Shown here piece after piece: positions 52,090 to 62,660 of a stretch of DNA of 64,000 nucleotides (position 1 is the stretch's first letter; each line of letters starts with the position of its first letter). The position numbers were made by a program, and so were the translations under genes. The notes beneath the pieces were generated by a model. The model searched no databases. It was not told where the DNA came from and saw only the letters and a program-made list of their open reading frames with translations. The DNA lies in assembly GCF_030686945.1 (NCBI RefSeq), contig NW_027122708.1:5610248-5674247 (forward strand), written 5' to 3'. Source of the stretch: Centruroides vittatus (Eukaryota).

Positions 52090-52300
52090 TATCTGAGAAC
52101 TCCCTTGGGATACCTCAGAAAATTTTGATATTTGGCAGAAATAATTCTATATATGGCATTAATGCTATTACGTTTAGAAGGTTATAAATCAAGGGGAGGG
52201 GAGATAGGAGTAGTAGGAGGCATATCGTTAGTAATGTCAGATATAATGAAAATTTTACTCGTTATTGTCATTTACAGTTTTTTTTTAAAAAAACACCCCT
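52090..52300. repeat. Family-D repeat copy.
   Basis: gatataatgaaaattttactcgttattgtcatttacag matches 47018-47050 (gaacttaatgaaaattttacttgttattggcatttag). Confidence 0.4.
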
Positions 52301-53524
52301 TTCCAAAATAAGGCTTTTGCCTGTTATAATAATTATATATATATATATATAATATATAGAAAAATAAAAAAGCCATGCCAGGAAAGTCGTGCAAGAGCCC
52401 TTAATCTTTTAAATTAATAATTATAGTAATAAAAAAAAATAAAGTTTCAACTTATTAAAACATCATAGTGGATAATGGAACACTTTTTTCCATTATTTAA
52501 TTTAAAAATAATGGAATCTGATAATAATATTCAAAATGTAGGGATGAAATCGATTTCAAATTATCTCTGGGAGTAGTATGGTAATTTTAAGCTACGATTT
52601 CAAAATACCTCCTCAAAGAACTTATCATTTGTACCGGTACGTTCCATCAGAATAAAACATGGAGCGAATACATGTAAAATTCCGATCAATCAGCCCGCTT
52701 TTTCAGCCAGATTCTGATTGGAACTTGAGATTATGCCATATTGAGGACAATTATTGTCTCATCCATATTGGATAATGTCACTTTGTTTCATAATGTCTGC
52801 TCCAGTGTTGTAGAATACAAGGCCGTCGAGAGGGGAAGCGGGGATTTTTCTCCGGACTCTGAAAAAACTTAGGGGTCCATAGTGGCTCTTACCCCGTAAA
52901 TTAATATTATTTTTGATTAAAAAATATAATTGTTTAAGACTGATTTTTATTAATAAAGGAACTTTCTACATATTCGTTTAATTTGTTCAAAAAAGATATA
53001 ATAAAAAGGACCCGCTTTATCCCGTGGCCTGGTAGAGCATTAAACCCTGGTAAGATGATCCACCTCGAAACCTGGGACACTGAGAGATTAAGTTTTATTA
53101 TGGCAATAATCCTTAACAGATGGATTTACGTATACAATACATATGTAAATGACAATAAGTAGGGCCTAATTGGAGTGTGCCATGTAATACAATTAAAATT
53201 TTTGTGACTTTTTTATTTTTCAAGAGTTGAGGCTAGCTTTCAATATTGTGTTTCATTCAATACAGTTTTATTCAATAAAACGTACCACGAGTTGTAAGTA
53301 TAAAAGAAAAAAAAATTATCATTTTAGCTAAATCGGGAAGAACAACGCTCAGGATTTATTTGAAGACCGGGGTTTAATCAACGAAATTTGTATCTACTGA
53401 AGGCTTCGATTTATTATTTACAGCGATTAAACTCTCGGATTTCACGTTTCTTTATTTAACAAATTCTAAAATTTTAATAGTAGACTATAAATTTTTCTTA
53501 TTTTTAAATCTAAAACACGCTTTG

Positions 53525-55444
53525 ATGCTTAAAATTTGTTTTCTTTCAGGCGATATTACAGAGGAAGAGGATGTTACTAATCAAACTCTGACGTCTATGA
53601 TGACGTTCGACGTCATCAATCGTAGCGTATGGATTGTGGACGTAGAGTGGCAAACATCCAAAGATAATTCGACGTGGTGGACTACCTGGAACGAAAACAA
53701 TGATACCATTTATCTAAGCGTCACCAACTGTACCAATCAAAGCGAATCTTGTAATGGTACCAACATAGTGCCCGAGAGTCCTCCTTTCAACTTATGGCAG
53801 ACCATAGTTATTGCTGTTCTGATAGGAATATGCTCCCTCCTAACCATAGCGGGTAATATATTGGTTCTTTTGGCGTTTGTAGTGGAACGAACAATACGTC
53901 AACCCAGCAACTATTTCATTGCTTCTTTAGCCCTCTCCGATCTTTTTATTGGAATCATCTCCATGCCGTTTTACGCCGTATACGTATTAGTCGGAAGGTG
54001 GGATCTAGGTCCTATTACCTGCGACTTGTGGTTAGCAATCGATCATACCGTATGTCTGGTTTCCATCTACACTGTATTATTAATCACTATCGATAGATAT
54101 TGTTCGGTCAAGATCGCTACTAAGTATAGAGCCTGGAGAACCAATACCAAAGTGTGGTGGATGGTAATCACTACTTGGATTGTTCCGTTTTTAGTCTTTT
54201 TCATTACAGTTATGGGTTGGGAACATTTTATTGGTTATCGTGATTTAGCTCCCGGTGAATGTGCGGTGCAATTTCTTAAAGATCCCATCTTTAATACTTC
54301 TTTAATATTTGGATACTTTTATCTCACTCTCATTGTACTCTTCGTCCTTTACGCGGGAATATACAAAACGGCCAGCGACATGCAAAAGAGATCCGAAGCC
54401 AAACAGAAAAAAGTGCAATCTTTGGTCTCCATGAATAAAGAAAAATCAGAGGAGAAATCCGTTTTGACAACATCAAAATCGTTCGGCAAAGAAAAAAGAA
54501 AACTTGAATCAAACAATGTAACAAATTCGAATCAAAGAAACACAGATTCGACAGAAGGGCAAAATACAGAAAAAAAATTCGAGACGTCATTTACTGAAGA
54601 AAAGAAAGAAAATTCCGATCATTCGAGCAGCCCCGTTTTTGATTCTGACGAAGAAAATGCTGCCCCTCAAGCAAATAAAAAAGAAAAGCGAAAATCCGCA
54701 GGTAGATCGATAGAAAACTTAAAATCAATTCCTAAAATACAACCCATTCCTCCCCCTCCTCCCCTGCCTCCTCCTCAACCACTCTGTCAATCTTTAAGCA
54801 GATCGTCAAGAAATAACGAAGAGAGCAAAATAAAATTACTACGTGCAGAAATGGACGAGAGAAAATTTAAAGATAACGAAAGACCTGGTAATCTGAACGT
54901 GAGTTACGTAGATCAAGAATGCCCTTCGACGTACACACAACTGCCAACTCTCTTACATTTCGAAGGAGGAGAAGTAAAAGATATAAATGCATTACGTAAC
55001 TCGGGGGAAAGCATTAAAGCTCGAGACGAAATGCAACCCATTGTGGACCCCGAACGTTCGGCATTCTTAACGATTTCAAAAGAATTATCATCTTGTTCCA
55101 AAAAAGTATCTTCTCTTCGACAGAAATTTAAAAAAGGAAGAAGCAAACTAAAAGGAGAAAAAAGACAAAAGTCTAAATCAGAAAACAGAGCCAGAAAAGC
55201 TTTGAGAACAATATCATTTATTCTGGGAGCATTCGTGTTATGCTGGACTCCCTATCACATTTTAGCCGTTGTAGAAGGTTTCTGTTCTGTTTCGTCCGGC
55301 TGTGTCAACCATCATTTCTTTTATTTTACTTATTTTCTTTGTTACGCCAACAGCCCTATTAACCCATTCTGTTACGCATTGGCCAATCTACAGTTTAAGA
55401 AGACTTTTTATCGTATTTTAAGAGGCGATTTTCACAGAAAATAA
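53525..55444 (+). CDS. Class-A GPCR of muscarinic-acetylcholine / biogenic-amine type. At least nt 53550-55444 are coding.
   Basis: 640-aa continuous ORF. Helix motifs recalled from mAChR sequences: TM2 [24 protein letters not shown]3 [12 protein letters not shown]...IDRYCSV (Asp3.32 and DRY present), a ~240-aa Lys/Ser/Pro-rich third intracellular loop, TM6 [16 protein letters not shown]7 [20 protein letters not shown] (compare M2 NPACYALCNATFKKTF). N-glycosylation sites sit in the N-terminus. The first in-frame ATG is at 53525, but a strong acceptor tttgttttctttcag ends at 53549, so the true 5' end is probably spliced. Stop TAA is at 55442-55444. Confidence 0.9.
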   Translation: MLKICFLSGDITEEEDVTNQTLTSMMTFDVINRSVWIVDVEWQTSKDNSTWWTTWNENNDTIYLSVTNCTNQSESCNGTNIVPESPPFNLWQTIVIAVLIGICSLLTIAGNILVLLAFVVERTIRQPSNYFIASLALSDLFIGIISMPFYAVYVLVGRWDLGPITCDLWLAIDHTVCLVSIYTVLLITIDRYCSVKIATKYRAWRTNTKVWWMVITTWIVPFLVFFITVMGWEHFIGYRDLAPGECAVQFLKDPIFNTSLIFGYFYLTLIVLFVLYAGIYKTASDMQKRSEAKQKKVQSLVSMNKEKSEEKSVLTTSKSFGKEKRKLESNNVTNSNQRNTDSTEGQNTEKKFETSFTEEKKENSDHSSSPVFDSDEENAAPQANKKEKRKSAGRSIENLKSIPKIQPIPPPPPLPPPQPLCQSLSRSSRNNEESKIKLLRAEMDERKFKDNERPGNLNVSYVDQECPSTYTQLPTLLHFEGGEVKDINALRNSGESIKARDEMQPIVDPERSAFLTISKELSSCSKKVSSLRQKFKKGRSKLKGEKRQKSKSENRARKALRTISFILGAFVLCWTPYHILAVVEGFCSVSSGCVNHHFFYFTYFLCYANSPINPFCYALANLQFKKTFYRILRGDFHRK

Positions 55445-55625
55445 AACCAATTAAGCGAATTAACATTTACCTACCGATAACAATTAGCTAAGAAACACGG
55501 AAAACTTTCTAGTGTTGCAATCTTTGAGATTTTAGCTGTAACGTCATCGCTTACGTAGTCATTTCTCCATTCTAAACTGTGATTGAAGAGTCAGATATAT
55601 ATATAAATATATATAAGTTAAGTAG

Positions 55626-55631
55626 AATAAA
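55626..55631 (+). promoter_or_regulatory. AATAAA polyadenylation signal candidate for the GPCR transcript.
   Basis: This is the first AATAAA, about 185 nt downstream of the GPCR stop, in an AT-rich 3' flank. Confidence 0.3.
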
Positions 55632-58428
55632 AGTTATAATTATTGTTTTATTGATGGTTAATTGACGCTTACATTAAAAAAAAAGATGCTTATAATTTAT
55701 CTCTCTAAGAAATTTCGTTCTGATTTTAATTTAATAAATTTAATTTTTTTAAAGGCTAACAATTGCTTGTTTGAATTTGATTATACTCATATTATGAAAA
55801 AATTCAAGTTTTAATTTGGGTTAATTACATACACTTTCCTATTTTAATCATACTTTTCATCAAATTATTCTTAAAAATAATGTAACAAATTTTTAAAATA
55901 TAGCTTCTCAAAAAATGTAAATTTAGAATTGTTGCTGAAAAATAATACATATTGAAATATCAATATAATTATAATTTTTATATTCCATTTTTCCAACAAA
56001 ATGTTTTTATATCCTAAAATGTGATTCAAAATTTTTTTCATTAAATTAATTAACGATAATAGCCTAATGTATAAATTTACGCATTTATTGTACCCTACAA
56101 AATGTATATTAAGCCTGATATACAGGAGGATCGTAATTAAAGCACCCATATTCAACGCCGTAATAAATTCTAAATAGGCCTATACAGTATATTTAGCAGT
56201 CCAAATGTAACCAAATCTGGTATATGGTAGCATTAATTACCATCAGCCAGTACAGTAATAAATTCGGGAAGACACAACAATAGCATTTCGAATAAACTTT
56301 CCGGTTACATTATTCATAACAGATGCAGCAGTTTAGATTTCACAATTATGCATATAAATTATTTCATTTAGAAAATTATTTCTATATTCCTTCTAATAAC
56401 TCAATGCCGTGACGTCTATTTTAAGCATTGATTTTTGTTGAGTAATGACCTTGATATTTTGAAATGTTTACTTTTACCATAAAAGATTTCTCAAATAAGT
56501 TACTTATAAAGTAAGCATATAATAAACCTAGACATTCCGAGCATCTTGTATAATTTTATATTTGCAATGCATTCCATACGCGAAAATATTCAAACTATTC
56601 AATATATGTGCTGATTGAAATTTCTCGTCAGGCCAGAGAATTTCAATAAAATAGTCCACATAATGTTTTATATATTCATTAACATATAACTTATTGACAA
56701 GACTGTCTTGTTTATAAAATCACGCTGCCGTCAACGGCTGCACACCTTAGAGGTATGAAGGAGTACATGTCAGGAGTTGCAATTTGGCACAGAGTATTTG
56801 GTGCCAAAATCATGCGCACATAAAAGTCAGACTTGTAGGTAGTCAAGGAACCAAGAACCGAGTCAAAATAAAATACAAAATGGCTACACACTTTCTACAA
56901 AAAGGCACTAGTGCGAGATTTGCGCATGCGTTGCTGGTTGGGAAGTTTGAAATGTGAATTTTGACAAACGAATCTTTGAAAAAAACCCATTTACCTGTCT
57001 CATGTTATTCCCGGCATATCTCTGGTCGCGACCTGCTGACCTTGACGGTTGACCCGAGATATCTCGTTTCAGCATCGGAACGTTTTTGAAACTAGATGGC
57101 GCTAGTCGTTATAAATTTTATATTATAAAACTAACTTCCAAAATATAATTTTTTCTTTTTACATTTATTAATATATACATTTTGTTTGTGCAAAATAATA
57201 AAATAATTTCGGACGATACAATAGCCACTGTTATTTTTTTTCAAAAACGGGAAATTTTCATTAGGCATAGACAGAAATTCACCCGAGGCGACACGCAACG
57301 GAGAGAAATTTCGACATTGGATAGGCTGATTTCACCGAAAATGCATCTTGGACGACCTCGTGGCCGGCGAAGTTTGAACGATCGCGCTCAAAACTAGCGA
57401 TACCAAAGAAGATTGGAGAATGAGAACGAGACCTGCCATGACATAGCTTGTCCCAAATACGGCACTCACGTTTTACTTGTTTTAAATATGGTCTATATAT
57501 TTTATTTGTAAATATGTCAATGATTTTCTTGTCCGAAATGATCACATATCACTAATTTTTTTAAGCCCTCGGCATGCTAATCCATTCCTTATACAGTATA
57601 TATTGACATGACTTTGTTGTTTATTTGTGAAATTTCATTAGGAAGTGGAGAGTGAATGTGCATCACTGTTATTGCTTGAAAACAATATTTTGTAAACAGC
57701 TATATGTCCCATGAATTAAAATTTAAAAACAGGCGTTTTTGGCAACCCTGTAAATGCAACAAAGACCAGCTCTGCTGTTTACTTTTTCGCAGGACAACTT
57801 CGAAATTCTCTAATTGACGTAATTTTATAAGAATCGTAATTTTACGTAATAATTTGAATAAAATCCTTCGTCCATATTAGCTAGTTGCAGGCTTTTCAAA
57901 TGAGAAAACTGAATATCACTTAGTGCATATGACGTGGTCAATATGGGTATTCTCAAATATATAAAGTATCCTTATTCATTTAAAATTATTTTACAAAATT
58001 ATTGTCGAATGGATTATTTTCCAAAATAATTATAGCACCGAACAGTTTTTCGCACAAGTCCAAGAGATAGACTATATAAAATGAAATCTTATTGGAACTT
58101 ACGTTATTTTTCTACGTTTTATCAAATGACAGAAGTTAAGACACCATAATTTAATTACTGTTTAATAAATATATAAAATTAACAGTTTTATAAATAAAAA
58201 AAATAAATAAACATAAGCTGAAATTTTTTAGTCTGATACTTATCAATGTAAATAAAAGAATCAGAGAATGTAACTTATCTTATTTTCTATTAAAATATAC
58301 AAAAATCCAAAAAATAATTATGCAATTTATAAAATTAATAAAAACAAAATGTCTCCTTAATAGCCTCAATGATTCGAGTACATTTGACGTGCGTCACAAC
58401 TAATACGACAGGGTTTGCAACTCGTCGG

Positions 58429-58938
58429 TCATAGAATTGTTATCGTTCCACAACACAGTGTACTGGGCGGGTCTGATGGCGCTCTGGATGCAGGCGTGGC
58501 AGCAGATGAAAAAATCGAATTCGATGGGGTGGACGATGTTCGTATCCGCGGTCGTGCCCGGGGATGTTCCGATGTTTTCCCACTCCGTCTTCCAAATTTT
58601 CCGATATGAAACGCGTGGTGTCGTTTTTCCACGGCGACAAAAGTGATGGGTGGTTCGTATATCTTCTGTTGGATTCGTTTAGGCGCAGGCATTACGTATC
58701 ATCGTCAATTCTTTGTTCACCGCTCTAGAAAATTGATCACTCAATCCGTCTCTGTAAAATATAATTTTTTCGGGTCTTTGTCCTCATGTGTTTCCATAGA
58801 ACGATAGTAATTAAGTCTTTCATTATGTCTTTCGTATCCTCGATGGTCTCCATTCTGTTCTTCTTGCCGTTCGTCTGCACGCTGACGGTTGTGGCTATCT
58901 ACTTGAATAATTGTCCAAACTTCCCACCAAAGCGGCAA
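58429..58938 (-). other. GC-rich segment carrying several overlapping ORFs; possible downstream exons of the RE-rich gene, or a transposon fragment.
   Basis: 58741-58938 (minus) encodes ...SHNRQRADERQEEQNGDHRGYERHNERLNYYRSMETHEDKDPKK, which continues the Arg/Glu/His-rich theme. 58400-58700 is about 50% GC and has open frames on both strands, as expected for GC-rich sequence. The frames are not colinear, so either an intron or a frameshift is required. Confidence 0.2.
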
Positions 58939-59057
58939 TCGACGATTTTATTTTTTTATTTTATTTCGTTTTCTTCGTTTTTATTATTTTTTAATTATTT
59001 TTAATTATTCTTAATCATTAATTTCAATTAAATTAAATTAACACGGTGAAGAAGGAG

Positions 59058-59630
59058 TTAATAATACAAATTGATGTTGATGTGTTCAGATAATAAATTA
59101 ATTTCAAAATAATGACGCCTTCCTTCTTGATGTCTTCCACTTTCTCTGCGTTCACTCTCTCTCTCTTCACGTTCTCTGTGTTCACTCTCTCTCTCTTCAC
59201 GTTCCCTGCGTTCATTCTCTCTCTCTTCACGTTCCCTGCGTGCATTCTCTCTCTCTTCACGTTCTCTGTGTTCATTCTCTCTCTCTTCACGTTCCCTGCG
59301 TTCATTCTCTCTCTCTTCACGTTCTCTGTGTTCATTCTCTCTCTCTTCACGTTCCCTGCGTTCACTCTCTCTCTCGTCACGTTCTCTGTGTTCATTTTCT
59401 CTCTCTTCACGTTCTCTGCGTTCACGCTCTCTTTGATTTTGATTATTTTCTCTTATCGTTCTTCTAATTTCTGCTTCTTCTTCTCTTTCTCTAATACGCC
59501 TTAATCGCATTCTTTCTCGATTCTTTCGTAGGCGTTCTTCTCTTTTTTGTTGTGTTTCGTTAGCACGCCTTTCTCGTTGTTTCACTCTATTTATTTCCCT
59601 TTCTCTTTCTCTTTTTTCTAAGATGTCCAT
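59058..59630 (-). CDS. Candidate Arg/Glu-rich repeat-protein ORF (190 aa). Its C-terminal half is encoded by the 30-bp minisatellite.
   Basis: ATG at 59630-59628 sits in an aaaaATGG context. The unique N-terminal 65 aa (MDILEKREREREINRVKQRERRANETQQKREERLRKNRERMRLRRIRE...) are already RE-rich before the tandem repeats begin. The RE-rich coding potential therefore extends beyond the repeats. Further RE/RD-rich ORF pieces continue downstream on the same strand (58938-58741). Confidence 0.35.
   Translation of the reverse strand: MDILEKREREREINRVKQRERRANETQQKREERLRKNRERMRLRRIREREEEAEIRRTIRENNQNQRERERREREERENEHRERDERESERREREERENEHREREERENERREREERENEHREREERENARREREERENERREREERESEHREREERESERRESGRHQEGRRHYFEINLLSEHININLYY
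59131..59440. repeat. 30-bp minisatellite, about 10 units (ttcactctctctctcttcacgttctctgtg and variants).
   Basis: A direct tandem periodicity of 30 nt is read off the sequence from 59151 onward, with unit variants ttcattctct.../gttccctgcg. On the minus strand every unit encodes a 10-aa E/R-rich repeat (REREERENEH type). Confidence 0.95.
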
Positions 59631-60129
59631 TTTTTCCTGTTAGTATTAATGAAATTTCACAATTGATTAGTATTGATAGTTTGGAATATTTTTTAAATCA
59701 AAAAGCTGTATCTAAGCAATTATAAGAATTATACTAAAATTTTAAATTTTACTACTAATACTAAAATAATACTAAAATTATAATTAATACTATAAATTTA
59801 GAACCTAAGCTTTATCAGTCTAAATACTGTAGAGTACATACTCGATAAAATATATTTATCTTTAATAGATTACATATTATAATCAATTTTAAGCCGATAA
59901 TTTTGTGACTAAGTTATTATTCTAATATTTATACCATACGTTTATATTAATAGAAATCCATGATGCAGTAAAACTCCATTATTTCGAAACTCAAGGGACC
60001 AAAAAACACGACTTCGAATTATCCGAACTTCTTTTCGAATTGAATTTTTTTGTAATTTTTGAATAAAATCATGACATTATCTATCTATATATATAATTGA
60101 GACGAGTTGATAATAATAACAATAATAAT

Positions 60130-61030
60130 CAGCGCAGAGCCCAAACGGTTAAGAGTTTAAAGTTGAAATTTGGTACACAGTTAGGGTACGTCACGAGAAA
60201 GCACGCTAAGAAGGGATTTTTCGAAATTCCTCCCCACGGGGGAGAGGGACAGGATTAAGTCTTAACACTTCAATCAACGATGGAAGTGTTACGTAACAAT
60301 GGAAGTGTTAAGAGAAAGCGACGAGCAAGACACAGATGCAGATTTTTCGAAATCGAACATATTTTTAGACCTATCTAAAAATTCTGTAATTAGTCTGGAA
60401 ACAGGGAGGACCCAATTCTTGCATTCTGTGAAAACGGGTAAGGTTGACTATAACGCAATAATCTTTATATTCGCTAAAACGGTTAGGAGTTGAAAGTTAA
60501 AATTTAGTACACAGTTAGGGTACCAGATTTAAGTACCAAAGTGTTAAGTAACAATGATAGTGTTAAGTAACAATGGAGAACGAGAGAAAGCGACGTGCAA
60601 GACGTACGGGCGCTGGAAAAAAAAAAGAAAAAAGAAAAAGAGTAATATGTTGGAACATATTCGATTTTCAAATTCGACCTTTCTTTAGAAAAACTTAATT
60701 CGTTAATGAAATTACACCTTTTTTGTGACTATAATGTAATAATCTTAATCTTCGCTATCGTTACTTTTGCCCGAGCAACGCCAGGCCTACCTGCTAGTCT
60801 ATATATATAAATAGGAATGTTTGGATGTTTGTTCGCTATAAAAAACTGTCGTTTAACCAATTGCTACGAAACTCGGCAGTTACGTTTATATAACGCTAAC
60901 TTAGATAATGTCGAAAATCCCACCCCAAAATATCTATTGGATTTCTGTAAATCAATTCATTTTTATCTCCATTCGATTTACTAGTTTACAGGCAGCGCCA
61001 CAGATGGCGCTGCCTGTAATTGAGCAAATG
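60130..61030 (+). repeat. Composite family-E repeat with a ~330-bp internal direct duplication and a strong terminal hairpin.
   Basis: aaacggttaagagtttaaagttgaaatttggtacacagttagggtac (60146) is repeated as aaacggttaggagttgaaagttaaaatttagtacacagttagggtac (60476). ...gtgttacgtaacaatggaagtgttaagagaaagcgacgagcaagac is repeated at 60536-60605. The tail taataatcttaatcttcgct...ttgcccgagcaacgccaggcctacctgctagtctatatat recurs at 63225-63300. The hairpin ttacaggcagcgcca-caga-tggcgctgcctgtaa lies at 60986-61019. Confidence 0.45.
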
Positions 61031-61394
61031 GAATGTTTGAATCGAATGTAAATCAGCAAATACATTTTCTTAAATTTAAATCGTAAGAAAATATTCTAAA
61101 ATACAGTTAATAATAAAGGAAAGGCGAAGAAAACCTTAAAAATAATTGTACTTTTAAAGTTCAGAGGTGTGCTGTTTTTTTATGAAATAAAGAAAACTCC
61201 CGTAAGTACGAATTCGTCTTATTTGACGTAGTTTTCTGGTAATGTTGTGGACTGCGTGGAATCGAAAGTGTTATCCTGTGAAAAATCTATAAAAATTTAA
61301 TTTTCCACATCTAACAACTCGAGTTTTTTTTTTCATTTCTAAATGATACTTTCTGAATTCTAATAAGCACCCTTCAGTAACAGAGTGCATAAAA

Positions 61395-61585
61395 CCACCA
61401 AACTCTGATAATTAGTCGGGGTTCGGGCATGGCGAGCGGGCTGGAGTTTTCGGATTTTCTTCAGGTTAGTAACACCTAAATAGAGTCCAGCTTCCCATAA
61501 AAGTCTTCCCGGGATGCATCTCCCTCGGCATATCGCACACGTGTCGCGTTGCCCTAACCAAATAAACCAAACTAATTCTAACGAG
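61395..61585 (+). mobile_element. SINE family B copy, 5'-truncated.
   Basis: gggttcgggcatggcgagcgggctggagttttcggattttcttcaggttagtaacacctaaatagagtccagcttcccataaaagtcttcccgggatgcatctccctcggcatatc...gcgttgccctaaccaaataaacc aligns to the 62.4-kb and 48.8-kb copies at roughly 75% identity. Confidence 0.6.
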
Positions 61586-61589
61586 CGAT

Positions 61590-62200
61590 TATTTATTGTG
61601 ACATCGTTACAATGCCGGGCTGCAACTTTTCGTCACAATGTTCTCAATTCCTTTAGTCCTGTACTTTATAGTTTTCCTGTTAGCAATAGAGTCGTGCCGG
61701 TTATCTATCTAACTCCGTTCAGGGAAAAATTTTGGATAGATGTAACGTGACTTCCTGTTTGCATCGTAAGTTCATATATAGTTAATCTGGGCTTCCAGCT
61801 CCCAGGGGCGGATCTACATAGGGACTAATAGGGCTTAAGCCCTGGGCCCCAAGTGTCAAGGGCCCACAAAAATTGAATTATTACTATAAATTTTTAATAC
61901 TTTTTCATTAACAATGAGCACTTATCGATATAGTGTCACTCAACACCATTTCATAAATAAATATATTTCAACTCTGATTTTTATGTTATTAAAAATGAAT
62001 TTTTTTAAACCGCAATTTAAAGAATCTTAATTGCTCCTAACCATATCTAGTCTCGACTTTCGTCTATTCTCGAGATTAAGAAAGGACGGACAGAAACACA
62101 GATAGACAAGAGATATCAGTCGGAATTTATAGGTCTACAATTTTTTCAAATTGCAGCCCGATAATTTATTTTATAAACGCGATATTTACGAGAACATACT
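61590..62200 (+). mobile_element. Family-C element, longer copy. It includes an extra ~240-bp internal segment relative to the 34.8-kb copies and abuts a family-B SINE.
   Basis: It shares both the head (tcctgtactttatagttttcctgttagcaatagagtcgtgccggttatcta...) and the tail (...gaatttataggtctacaattttttcaaattgcagccc) with the 34.8-kb copies. The internal segment gggcggatctacatagggactaatagggcttaagccctgggcc...(61805-62040) has no counterpart in them. Confidence 0.55.
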
Positions 62201-62435
62201 TACCTCAAAGTTTGTACAGTTTGTTGCAAAAATGTAAACACCTTATTATCACATAAAGGTAATTATTATCGCATTTTTACAAGAATTTTTTTTATTCAAA
62301 GAAATCATGTGAAGTCTTTCGGACGTTAAGGTTAACAACTTCGATCACGTGCGTATTAATAGTAGATCGGTATTAATTAGTAGTCGTTGATCATTCTGTC
62401 TTCCGGGAGGTCAACGACTTCTTTTGGCGAGCCCA

Positions 62436-62660
62436 CCAGTGACCAAACGGTCTTCGTACCCTGAACACTGGGCGTTCAGTCGTAGGTTCGCGCCTCGTTC
62501 TGACGGGATAGCCACGTGGAGTTTTCCGGATTTTCTCCACGTCTGTAATGCCTAAAGGCCAGTTTCTCTTAAAAAGACATCCCGGAAGGCATCCGCCCTA
62601 GGCAGATCACCCAAGCGTTGCGTTGCCATAACTTAACTAACAAACTACTTTTGGTCGAAT
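62436..62660 (+). mobile_element. SINE family B copy (tRNA-like head plus conserved body).
   Basis: It shares ggcgagcccacc..gggcgttcagtcgtaggttcgcgcc and the body ggagttttccggattttctcc..cgtctgtaatgcctaaaggccagtt..cttaaaaagac..cccgg.aggcatc..ccctaggcagatc.cccaagcgttgcgttgccataacttaactaa with the 48.8-kb copy in reverse complement. Confidence 0.65.

Noticed and set aside
53525-53527. First in-frame ATG taken as the GPCR start codon.
   Set aside because: It is not excluded, but it is disfavoured. The context (tttgATGc) is poor. A strong polypyrimidine-AG acceptor lies 20 nt downstream, and a phase-compatible ATG exon with a consensus donor exists upstream. Both options are reported.
54330-55146. 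Antisense ORFs 54330-54590 (-) and 54913-55146 (-).
   Set aside because: They sit inside the GPCR coding exon on the opposite strand. The sense frame has complete 7TM architecture, and antisense open frames are expected in Lys/Glu-rich coding sequence.
59033-59504. Three further ORFs through the minisatellite: 59112-59504 (+), 59240-59467 (+) and 59033-59425 (-).
   Set aside because: They are frame-shifted readings of the same 30-bp repeat (SLFTFSVFTL, LSLHVLCVHS, VKRERMNTEN). Only the minus frame that connects to an upstream ATG and the non-repeat RE-rich sequence is plausible. Even that one is kept at low confidence.
60780-60800. Helitron terminus (hairpin, then CTAG followed by TC).
   Set aside because: The CTAGTCT(A/T)TATA junction is present in the same internal position in both family-E copies (60.79 kb and 63.28 kb). 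It is therefore part of the repeat consensus, not a boundary between element and host. The upstream stems are only 4 bp.
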